The notes under the pieces were generated by a model, which worked only from the letters and a program-made list of their open reading frames with translations, ran no database searches and had not been told where the DNA came from. This document shows, one piece after another, positions 38,309-49,493 of a stretch of DNA of 64,000 bases; positions within the stretch are counted from its first letter, which is position 1; each line of letters opens with the position of its first letter. Made by a program: the position numbers and the translations under genes. The stretch is taken from positions 18,600,001 through 18,664,000 of the forward strand of contig JBHGNT010000002.1 of NCBI GenBank assembly GCA_043228905.1, given 5' to 3'. This DNA comes from Azolla caroliniana. Its lineage: Eukaryota > Plantae > Polypodiophyta.

Positions 38309-40094
38309 AACGCGCGCGCTAGCCCCAGCCCGCCAGCTATCTGCTTACTTCTACTACATATGTACATACATACATACATACATACTATAATACTATTAAT
38401 GCTGGATCGATGTAAGTATGTATGTTCCATGTATATGGTAGCAGTGGGCATAGCCAGGCTAAGGAGAAGGTCACATTCAATAAGTTCTGGAAAACACTTA
38501 ATGACGTACTTATCCACATTCAGAACTGGCTCACATCCCTCGGTTTCAGAATGTGTAAACATACCTTTCGAGACCCGTTTCGGTTGAAGCGAGAATTTTA
38601 AAGTGATCCAATGTTGATTCATTTGTATCATTACTTTACAGTCCATAATCTTGTCCCCCCTCTATTTGAAACTTGTCCTCCTCCATCTACACTTTACACT
38701 AATAATTTAATCATCGAATATTTCAAGCATCTATTCTTGTGTTCTTCAAAGCAGTCCTCCACTAGAACGGAATTTTTAGCAGTTCACAAAAATGTTCAAA
38801 ATCTCTCCAATGCACATATCTGCCGAATTTGAAGCAATTTGTGTCCACACTTCTAGAAGTTTACTAATCATGTAAGCCCCATGGATAGTGGGTAACCAAT
38901 TATGCACCTTCTAGGGGTGAGGTTACACACGATAATGGTTTGAGGAGCATATCGAACGCATCTAAAAAACACGATGGATCACATTAATTAGACCCTACGG
39001 AGAATTCAATATCTAGGCATTCTCTAGAATTCAAACCAATAATTATGGTTCGGTTCAATTATGTGTAAATCACATCAGCTCAATCTTAAATTGCGTAAGT
39101 AAAATTGTGTAGCAGTTTATTACGGGTATCGTGCAAGATGTAGGCACTTCTCGAAATTCAAAGGAATGTATACATATACATATACATATATTAGAGTCTA
39201 GACTCTAGACAGTGAATCATGCAAATGCTTGTTTTCGGCATCTTTTTTAGCGCTGAAACAAAATATTGCTCACCTCAATTCTCTTTGGCCCAATGGAGCT
39301 GGTATTCTCTCTATAGATGACACATTAATAATATCACACCTTTGGAAACCAGTCATTCTGGGAACAATTCAGATAAATCTCAAATTTCGTCCTTTTTGCA
39401 CGCTCGATTCGACCTCTCTCTCTCTCTCTCTCTCTCCCCAAGTTCTCTTTCAGGTTACAGTAATTTATATCGATAATTAACAGCAATTGTTGGATTTATA
39501 CGGGCAATAATTCTCGATAATACTTGAATCAAAAGCATCAGCAGTAGTTAGATTTAACACTTATCGATAGAAACTAACGTGGTCAACAAAGTTATTATTT
39601 GTTCTATCGTTATGTTTAATTAATGATTGTGGGTCCCATTGAGCACTATATCCGGATTCGGAGCGGTATTATGGGCCCCGATTAACACTACATAGTAATA
39701 TTCAAAGAGGTGAGCGCTATGATTGGCTCCAATTGCACTAATACTAAGAGAGAGTTATATGCATTATTTCGGGTTGTGATTTTACCTAAGGAGGCAATAA
39801 TAATGCCTGCGGAGCAAAAAGTGGGTTTATTCATTGATTCGTTTCTCTTTCTTTTAATCAATTAGCCTCGACACGTTTCCTAACTTTTTTAAATAACTAT
39901 TATATAGAGAATGGATGCAGAGAGTTAATTGGACATGGAACATTAAAAAGTAAAGAGAATACAACACTGTAAAGAACCTGTGGGAGAGCAGCTATCTGCA
40001 GGAATAATTTTTATGTCAATTATCTTGAGAATGTGAGGAGCGAAGATAGAACCCGATGGAAGTTGTTTCTGACAATATAACGCGGAACTCCCCC

Positions 40095-40366
40095 CCGCCC
40101 CATAGGAGATAAAAATAAATAAATGTACAACGATATCGAACTCTAGAGATAAACTAGAGTGTTAAATAAAACTGGGCTAAATCAACCGCCCCAAAGGAGA
40201 TAAAAATAAATAAATGTACAACGATATCGAACTCTAGAGATAAACTAGAGTGTTAAATAAAACAGGGCTAAATCAACCGCCCCATAGGAGATAAAAATAA
40301 ATAAATGTACAACGATATCGAACTCTAGAGATAAACTAGAGTGTTAAATAAAACAGGGCTAAATCA
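40095..40366. repeat. ~91-bp tandem repeat x3
   Basis: CCGCCCCATAGGAGATAAAAATAAATAAATGTACAACGATATCGAACTCTAGAG...GGGCTAAATCA starting at 40095, 40186 and 40277. Confidence 0.95.
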
Positions 40367-42243
40367 GACTCTAATTATTTCTAAACCCAACCATCTAAAA
40401 AGTATCACAAAAAACCCACTTTACATTGTCAGTTACAAACGGTGGCGATGCACAAGGTATCATTTATATAAAACGGCGTTGATGGGGGGGGGGGGGGGGG
40501 AGGAAAGACCGCTAAATGGTGTGCTGTTAGGGTGAAATGTGAGCAGGAGCACCTAGGACCTAAACCAATGTGAAGTCGATGATTTCGGAAATCCATTTAA
40601 TTGTCAATTGTAGAGACCCTTATCTTCCTTCCAATGTACATTGTCTGCATATTGTATTTTTGTAAGTGTTTATGCATCTATGCATATTTATATTTAGGTT
40701 CAATTGGTGATGTACGTATGTAATTGTTTTTAAATGTTTATGTGTTTATGTGTATAAATGTTTCTTGGTATGTACGAGTATTTAGGGAAAAGTGGAGGTC
40801 TCTTACTTCGTGGGGGGGGTCCTTAAGGCAGGAGTGAGTGAGCAAAGAGAACCAAGGGGGCGATGTAGACATAACAATGACATCAACACGTTACATGGAT
40901 GCAAGTAGCTATGGCAACAACCAAGACAAAATCGACAACAAGTACGTTGATTGGCGACTGATGACTCACCTCCTCTCTTCTTCCTTGCTCTATTACTTGT
41001 TGGTGAGCTACAAAGGGGGCATAGTTCCCTCCCCTTTCGTGGGGTTTCCCACAAAGGGTTTGGCCCTTTGTGGAGTCAATCCACGAAGCATCTCTTCATG
41101 GAACGATTCAATGAGGGGTAGGGAAGCTTGTGTTCACACAGGATCCTGTGTGTTTTTCCATGACTCTTCGTCTCGAACACCATCCGGTTGATGAGGCACC
41201 GGAGTAATTGAATTTAATGTTGCAGGTTTGACTCTAGATGTTCATCAATGTCCTTTATAGTAATTTCTTTTTAGTAAATCAATGGTCAATTATCCTATTG
41301 TCAATCTAAAAAATGACAATGCTCATTTGGCAATAAATCACCAAGTTATAATAAAGATATTTCAAAACACATGTATCTGAATATAAGACAATTAAGCTAG
41401 TTCACAATAATCATGATTATATCGTCAACCTTGTTACATGGGGTGGCTAAATCCTCAACCCTGTTACATAAGTTATTGATGAAAAAGATGATGATGATCG
41501 AAAAAGAAATGGGTAGAGTTTTGGGAGGAGGTCCTCAAGTTTTAGGGTAGCAAGCCTATGATCGATGGCCACACCACCTTTCATCATCCTAGATCTTGTA
41601 TCCAACCTATTGATTCACTATCCCGCAAAAATTCTTTCACTAACGAGGCCTAGATGTATCTGCCCTAAATTCTCTTAACCCTACAATGAGAGAGCTCTTG
41701 CTCAAATTTTAGCATTTTGGAGTATCAAGGTTTTTCAATTTAAAACAATATTAGGAAAATGGGATTCAAGCTCTCCGTTTTCTTATTCACTTTCTTCTCA
41801 AATGCTCCGCACCATCTCCTCCTTTGCAAACGAGCCAAGCATGATCCCCCCTCGATCCTAAGTATTTTTATTTATCTCTGTTTTGTTCATACAAATTAGG
41901 GGCTATATATGCATATAAACATCCATCCATACATGCATGCATATATCTAAATATGCACATGTATACATATGTTTATGTACATGCATGCATCCATACATAT
42001 AATGTGAGTCAAAATTTCGTTTTCTTTTTTCCAATACTATAAGTCTCTCGTCTGTTGTAGATGAACAAAGCTCAGAGCATGATTCTGCCCTTAAACTTGC
42101 CATTCTAGTAGTTTTATTTTCTTTTTCTCTCTTTATTGCGTGGATTAGGCCTTTGCACAAACAAACATTGTTAAATACAAATGTACAAGTGTACAATACA
42201 TATGTCCAAATTATGCACGACACACAAACATATATAAACATAC

Positions 42244-42445
42244 TGTTGAGATATCAAGCTCAACTTAGTTTAGTTAGTTAGTCAACCATGTAACTTCGTA
42301 GTTACCTAGATAGAATTTAGTTAGAAGTGTTGACTATAACGCCTTAAATAGGACCTTGTACTTAAGTGGGATATTCTAGATCCTCCACACTCCTAAGTAC
42401 ATTTAATATATGACTTTCACCTTAGTACATATATTCTACTCACAC
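42244..42445 (+). mobile_element. Probable copia solo-LTR remnant
   Basis: Starts TGTTGAGATATCAAGCTCAA, like the LTR starts at 26050 and 26951; 3' end uncertain. Confidence 0.45.
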
Positions 42446-43924
42446 ATTTGCACCTTTGCACATGAGATGTATATATACCTCATTGTCGGTATTTTTGTAT
42501 TTGATAATGATAATGATAATGCCGATTTAATATAGAGTTAATCATCCCCCATCTTGTGTTGTTCATAAGTGTTAACTTCCTCTCTCTCTCTCTCTTCCTC
42601 TCACACACATATCACATAATCATTCGCACTTAACTTAATCACATAATTAAGTACTAATTAACCCTAGCTTAATTACCTAATTATTAACACATGCACTGAT
42701 ATCCACATAACATGGATACATACATGCGTAAACACATACATTCATATATAAATAATTATGTCATATGCACAAATAAAGTAGTGACCCTTTGATTCTTCCA
42801 GCCGTCCCCCTACACCCTCCATGTTTTAGACACCAACTTAATGAACATCTCCTGAACATTATTGTCCTTGTCAATCCTTTTTATTGCAATGATGAATATT
42901 CAATTACTATGGGTAGGTAATGATACCTCATATAAATATTATTTCTGTGATAGAGTTCTTGTTCAAATCCATTACACAATGATTTTCATAAAAGAACTCA
43001 TAGGTAGTTGGTTCAAACTCAATTCCAAAAGAAACCTTTTTTTCTAAAGGATCGTTTTGCTAACTTCAATTGAAACAATATGCTTTGTTTCAGACATAGT
43101 GGATGAAGCGACACTTTTGCAACTTGGAGTGTCATGATTGATGGAGATATACAGAAAAAAGATAGAGAAGAGATGAGGAAGAGAAAAGAATACTTCAATA
43201 TACTACTAGAAAAACAATACCATCTTCTTAGACTCTAAAAATAACAATCCCAAATAACTACTTTAATCTCAATGACACTAGTTGAAAATAGTATTTCCTT
43301 CTTCTCTCTTTCTTCTACTAAGCTTCTTCTCACTTATTCTAATCTTCTTATCCCCCCCCCCCCCCAATTGCTAAGAATACCCTCCTATTTATAGTTTTTT
43401 AGTTGCGTTATTCTTGCTTTTCTCTTTTCTTTTCTTTTTACATATCCCCGAGTTTATGTGAGTTGTTTTTTTATATCATTGTTTCTGCTTTGTCATTCCA
43501 AATTTTTTATACAAGAAACTCTCTTTGTCAACTTTCTTATTAATCTTTTCTTTTGAAATTTGGATATGAGATGAAGAAGTTATGAGCTTTTTTCTCTGCC
43601 TTGCTTTTTCTACTTTTTTCCTGCATCTTGTTTTCTTTCTCTTTTTTCCTGCTTTTTCTAGTTTTGAAGAACGTCTTTAACTTTATATTCCGTCAAGTTC
43701 CTTCCTTTGTTAATACTTGATCCTTTCATATTTTCCTTTATTATTAGACGTCTTAGCATCCAACATGTTTGCAACTGTCTTTTTTTATGAACAAAGACTG
43801 ACTTCACAATGATATGACCCTTTACAAAATTAAATAAGAAAGCAAAAGTGTATTTTCTACTATAAAAATCCCGTGACGTTTGGACAAAACACAAGCACAC
43901 AATTTAGAATTGTCTGTAAAGTTT

Positions 43925-43995
43925 ATCGTTGTAAAAGGACTTGAACCCGTGACCTCCATCTTATATATCAAAACTTTATCTAATAGGTTATCAAT
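43925..43995 (-). other. tRNA-derived (B-box) segment, possible SINE head or LTR component
   Basis: Minus strand GAGGTCACGGGTTCAAGTCC resembles a tRNA variable loop plus T arm; no complete cloverleaf. Confidence 0.4.
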
Positions 43996-45450
43996 TAAAA
44001 ATAATATTTGTTTTGATTATTTGTATATAATTTATGCTAATATTATGAGATGGTCTAGCTTGCATGAGCTAATGCATGATCACCGAATGACATGCTTGCA
44101 TGAATGCTGAGGGACGATTATACATTGACGAAATGTGGCAAGCATGCATATGCTAACCATACTATATAAGCAGGTTCTATGGTTATTGATGAATCGTTTT
44201 GATTCAACATGAGTATTAAGCGTATTCTTATAATCTTTTTCTTCTATTTAATATAAAAACATTCGTCATTTATCCTCTTCTTCCATTATTATATTGTTTT
44301 CGGTATTCTTCACGGTGTTCGCGTCTTGTCAAACAATCATCAACACAATAAAATCATAATAAAGTTAACTCCAATAAAGTGCCAAAAATATTATACACAA
44401 TGATCTTCGGTAATACTTTTATAGTATTGACTCACCATGATTAAATTGAACTTGCTATATAATCATCTTGATGCCTGTCTCGAGCCATAAAGACTCTAAA
44501 TTTCTAGTTTACAATCTAAGTGCCCTTTCTCTTTCTATTCAAAACCCTCAAACTAATCCAAAGGAATTTCTTCCTTCAAGTCTCAATCTTAAGAATCTCC
44601 TAGGATTAAAACCCTAAGCCTCCTCTTCTTGCTAATTAAGAGTTCAAGAGAGATTAGCGATAGCATTTAGTGAATACACACTAATCTCCATCCTTTGTTG
44701 GTGTTAGACCTCTTTGTATTAAGAATAGTGGAATAAATATGTTATTTTGCTTCTACTTGTTTCTTAAGTGGTTAAGAGAGTAAGCAAGAGAGTGTGAGAG
44801 AGAAACTAATATTAATCGTATAATACTAAGTGAGTTAGTAATTAGGAGGCATTTGACAACTACCTCCACATGGTTCGCCACCAATAGGGTATACGCCAAT
44901 CCGATCCCTAAGCAAACCACATCGATGGGAGGAAGAACTCCATCAATTGATAGAAGTGCTTTTGTGAGGCACACAGAATTGACACAAAACCTTTAGAGCT
45001 ACATGTAAAAGCTTTATTGAGTTTAAATATGGACATGACAAGGAGATTGAATAGAATGACAGTGAATTAGAGGAGATGGCAGTACCTAATCGTGAACCCC
45101 AAATTCCACTATATTGCTCGAGACCATAGCTTAAGAGAGGGTCATTGAAAACATGGACAATGAATTTGAGGAGGAAACAAACAAAGAAGCTATCAACACA
45201 ATAATAATGTTGCCTCACTATGCAATCCCTAGAGACTTAGGCACTCAGGAGCTAGGATGGTCCAATAAAAGGAATAAAGACCACCACCAAAGCTTTGAAC
45301 ATAAGCAGTCATAATGTGATCCCCGAGAAGTAATGGAGATGATGTGAAGAGGGATAAAAATATGAAGGATGATGCTTAGGGGAGTAGGGAGATGCAAGTG
45401 GGATAAGAAAAGCAATGGACACAACTGAATTTTACAAAGAAGTTACATAT

Positions 45451-45660
45451 TGTGGTGTGCATGTGTTCCTTTGTGCCACCCTTTTAGCACACATCTAGCT
45501 AAGCGAACCCAAACGAGTACCTTTGTATCGACTATAAATTGAGCAAGAAGTAAGAGACTAAGCAGGTTGGTTTTGATCTCTTTATTGTGCATTTCATAAT
45601 GGTTTTGATATCTTTATATGCATTTCACAATGGTTTTGATCTTTTTATGTGCATTTCACA
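45451..45660 (+). mobile_element. Solo LTR of the TRIM-like family with a triplicated 3' end
   Basis: Reverse-complement match to the LTRs at 22377/23066; TG..CA ends; CTATAAAT at ~45532; ATAT on both flanks; terminal ~31 bp present three times. Confidence 0.9.
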
Positions 45661-45786
45661 ATATATGTAATAATTAATGCATACATATCATAAATAGAGA
45701 GACAGATATTAGTAGTAGTGGTAGACTGGTAGTGGTAGTGAGTAGGGGTAGGCCATGTGGGGTTACTGAGATAGACATACACACAC

Positions 45787-45941
45787 ATGTCACAGAGCTT
45801 GAAAAATAGAAGAAAACGAAGGAGCAGACCGTGGGCTCATACAGAAGAAGGAAGGAGAGAGATAAGAAGACAGCACCTCCTGCAACCGACGCGTCGCCTG
45901 CTAACAAGAAACAAGAAGCTCCACCGCTTTGCTAATCCTCG
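45787..45941 (+). CDS. Paralog exon 1: open, basic, MADS-remnant reading frame
   Basis: MSQSLKNRRKRRSRPWAHTEEGRREIRRQHLLQPTRRLLTRNKKLHRFANP(R). The 3' end AAGCTCCACCGCTTTGCTAATCCTCG|GT matches AAGTTCTACCACTTCGCCAATCCCCG|GT of the intact gene, in the same phase 2. Confidence 0.55.
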
Positions 45942-46069
45942 GTCGGTACTTCCATCGGGCTATCAATTCGTCCATCCATTTTTGCCGTCGTCATTAATCC
46001 ATCCCACCCCATCCCTGAATATACATACAAGTTTCGTTTGCTAATAATTTATGGTCTCTTTCATTGCAG

Positions 46070-46133
46070 GCATTTGGAAGATATGGCATCGCCCTCCTAC
46101 CGAGTCCAGGTGCTGTACCTGTCGCGTCACTCT
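46070..46133 (+). CDS. Paralog exon 2 (shortened I domain)
   Basis: ttcattgcag|GCATTTGGAAGATAT.. versus ttgcag|CAGCTTGGAAGATAT..; the donor CT|GTGAGTCCTC is identical to that of the intact gene; phases 2/0 are preserved. Confidence 0.6.
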
Positions 46134-48049
46134 GTGAGTCCTCTTTCACTTCTCCGCATTTTTGGCTTCCGCTCATGGTTTTAAGGATTCATCTATTTTA
46201 AATTCCACCTGGATAAAACAAACTTCCATGTATTCGATGAACTGGACCCTCTCTTGTTGTCATCCTTGGTGACCCGCCTGTAGACATCTTATTCACCACT
46301 AATGTTTAGTACATATTGAGCACTTCACCGCGTTCGGTAAAAAAAAACCTGTTTGACTCTCATCCATGTTGCTGAATGTGGTTGAAAAGTATGCCATTGA
46401 GCTGCGACATTTGTGTGTTAATTTTACCCTCGGTATCCCAATGAAAGGATTCTTAATCTAGGTTGATCATTAGTGATCTGTCCTTTGATCTTTAAGTTTT
46501 GAAACTCAAATTGAGCCAACGTCCATTGTTATTACTATGCTATCAATTGGTGGATAGCTAAACGTCTATTATGTGCATGCTATGAAAACGCTATCATATA
46601 ATTGCAAAAAAATTGTAGTAGCGTAGTCATGAGATGATGCTGGAACACAGACTAAGGATCGCTGGATTTCAGAATATAAAGTCGTGTTATGAAGGTAGTG
46701 GACATTTTTTCCAGAAAGCTGATCAATGACAGCCTCTTCCATATTAATTGAGAGGAAAATTTAGGACTTATTCCAGAAACTTACAAAGCAGATGGTTGAG
46801 TTGAAAATTTTCCTATAAACATTGTTGTAAGAGTTGTTTGAAGACCTAGAAATATTAGCTCATTTGGAATATTCTTTGGATGTGGACACCATATGGGATT
46901 TGATATAATATACAAGGTGAATCATCCCTTAAAAGTGCATCAACTTCCTCCCCCCTTAATGTGCATCGATTTCATCTGTGTTACTTTGGTTGTGTTGATG
47001 CATTTCTCTTGTATGATGGTACAGTGGTTAGTTATGTTACATTCCTACCCTTGCACTTTGCACATATCCCATTAATGGGTCAGTTGACACTTAGTAATAA
47101 TATAATAGGATCTCCTCAAGCTTTTGGTCACTTGAGTGAGGTCAGTTTGGGGGATACTTTTGCTACAGGCATTCTACAAGTGCGTCAAATTTCCTCACAA
47201 CTTCTTATACTGAAATATCAAAGTAATAGATTAGACAAACAGTGGACTATATAGAAGCGTATTTATATATGGAATTGGAGTATTTCTTTATATACAAGCA
47301 CTTGGGTGCAAAAGCCAATATTTCACCCCATCATTATTCTCATGCTCTTAATTTATGAACTTGGACATGCTTTAATTAATTTGGAATGTACCATGATCGT
47401 TTCTGAACTCTTGAAAATATTATTCCAGCTACTTGATTGTGGCTACATAATATTAAAGAAAGCCATTTGTTGTCTGTTCAATTTTTCTCTATAGCATGCA
47501 ATCAAACTATTCCGTGTTCAGCAATTGAGAGGAATGACACATTTTACTTCACATGTGCGTTTCTCGCTTGATGTGCATTAGCCCTGATGCATTTTCTAGA
47601 CTTGCATTAACCATCTCTCATTCTAGAGCGTAACCTTTCTATCATGAAAGCTTGTTATGAAATTTGTAAAACCAATATGCTTGCATGTTGATGCAAAACA
47701 TTAATGTTTTGATGCCTCCAACAAATGAGAAAATATCCAGGATTTATAAATGCATACATCAACATAAAATGATCCAATAAGTTGGCTAAATATATTTCCA
47801 TCTCCCAAATTTCGTGAATATTGATAGAGCATCACCAACCAGGATTTAATATTGATATTTGTATGAATTTCAATTATAGAACAATGCAGCAGTTTTGACT
47901 GTTGAAAACTGCCCGTCCCAGTGTTTTGAGCTCTTTAATTGGAAACCCTCACATTTATGAAAGAAATGTCAATCAAATACCAGGAGGAAATAAATGAATT
48001 CCTTACAAAATTTTACAAAAACATAAATACATAATCACATGATATAAGG

Positions 48050-48815
48050 TCAACTGTAATGCAGTTGAATAGTTTTCACTTTAGAATAGATGATTGTACT
48101 TTGACTACTTGGAATTGATATCATTACAAACGTTACAAATAAATATTCATAGGCCATCAGTGACAATATGTTGATAACCTATATGTAGACCTTATATAGT
48201 AACCTATCTGGTTTTGAAATTAAAACAGATGATTTAATTTTCACAAAAGCTTGGAATTGATATGGCTCGTGAACTCTACCAATAAATATCCCCTAGGCGT
48301 GAATCTCATCTTCATAAAAGTATACTACTAAGCTATGTATAGACATAATGTAATAGCCTATTTTTTTGTGAGATTGGAATGAATGATTGCTGCCTTGTTT
48401 TAGGTATTAGATTCTTTTGTTTTGTTTTGAGGAATACTAGGAATTGATATGAGTTGCGAATGTTACAAAAAAACCTGGCACATATGAGCATCATCTGAAG
48501 AAAAATACGTTGTTAAGCTATAGATAGACATCATATAGTGGCCTATCTGAGTTTTACGTTACAATGGTTGACTGTGCGTTGGCAAAAACGTGGAACTGAT
48601 ATGGGTTGTGAATGTTACTAAAAAAACTGCGCAGAACATCAGTAAAAAAATGTTTTAGTAAGCTATATATGGACCTCATATAGTAGCATATCTAGGTTTT
48701 ACTTTAGAATAGATGATTTTGTTGTCGTGTCAACATGGAGTTGATATGGTTTGTGAATGTTACGTACAAATATATACAGGGCATGAGTACCATCTTAATA
48801 AAAATATGTTAGCAA
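48050..48815. repeat. Diverged tandem repeat (~145-190 bp x5)
   Basis: Recurrent (T/A)GGAATTGATAT..GAATGTTAC..AAGCTAT..GAC..ATATAGTA.CCTATCT motif near 48110, 48251, 48439, 48590 and 48736. Confidence 0.8.
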
Positions 48816-49493
48816 AGTATTAGACTACCCTAGTCCCCTACTCTTGGCTCCTCTTCATTTGGAGTCTCTCCTAGCTTTGACATTTATGTCCTTGATTGAA
48901 TGTTTTCATTTATTCGTACCTTTCTGTGCTTAATAGCTTCGTCCATGAACACAGGAGCCATTAATTGCTTCAAATGCAACTTGAATATTTTCTTTACTTT
49001 CAATCATATCTGTGCTGTCCTATAACAATTTGTTTATAAATCAGTAAGTTCCATGATTTATGAACACAATCATGACAAATGCCAAGCACACACTAACTCA
49101 AACAAATACTCATAATCTAACAGCCCTATCATTCAAACCATGTCCGTATGTTTTCATTCTAGCTGGATTTGTGAGACATTCTTACAGAGAACAAAATTTG
49201 TGAATTACCTAAAATTTTCATTGATCTATTCAAAATGCAAAGAAAGATATAATATGATTTTTGTTAAAATCCTCTAATTTTGCGGAAGATATAATTGATG
49301 CACCATCAATTATTTCTAGTTTATTGCCTCTATTAATTAGGAACCATGATCTTAACGGAATTTGCTATTGACTTTAGTTGATGAATATGACTGTATCCAC
49401 AAAATGTTACACCAATGTGCAGATAAAAACCTTGCTTCAATGAAAAGGTAAGAGTCTTCAACCCTACTAGTAGCATTAATGTGACATTATGGG

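Noticed and set aside
37701-38646. Several overlapping plus-strand ORFs around MADS exon 1
   Set aside because: Low-complexity translations of microsatellites and antisense shadow frames.
39192-39207. 16-bp palindrome TAGAGTCTAGACTCTA
   Set aside because: Isolated and short, with no supporting context.
43925-43995. Functional tRNA gene
   Set aside because: Only a T-arm-like segment is present; acceptor and anticodon stems cannot be folded.
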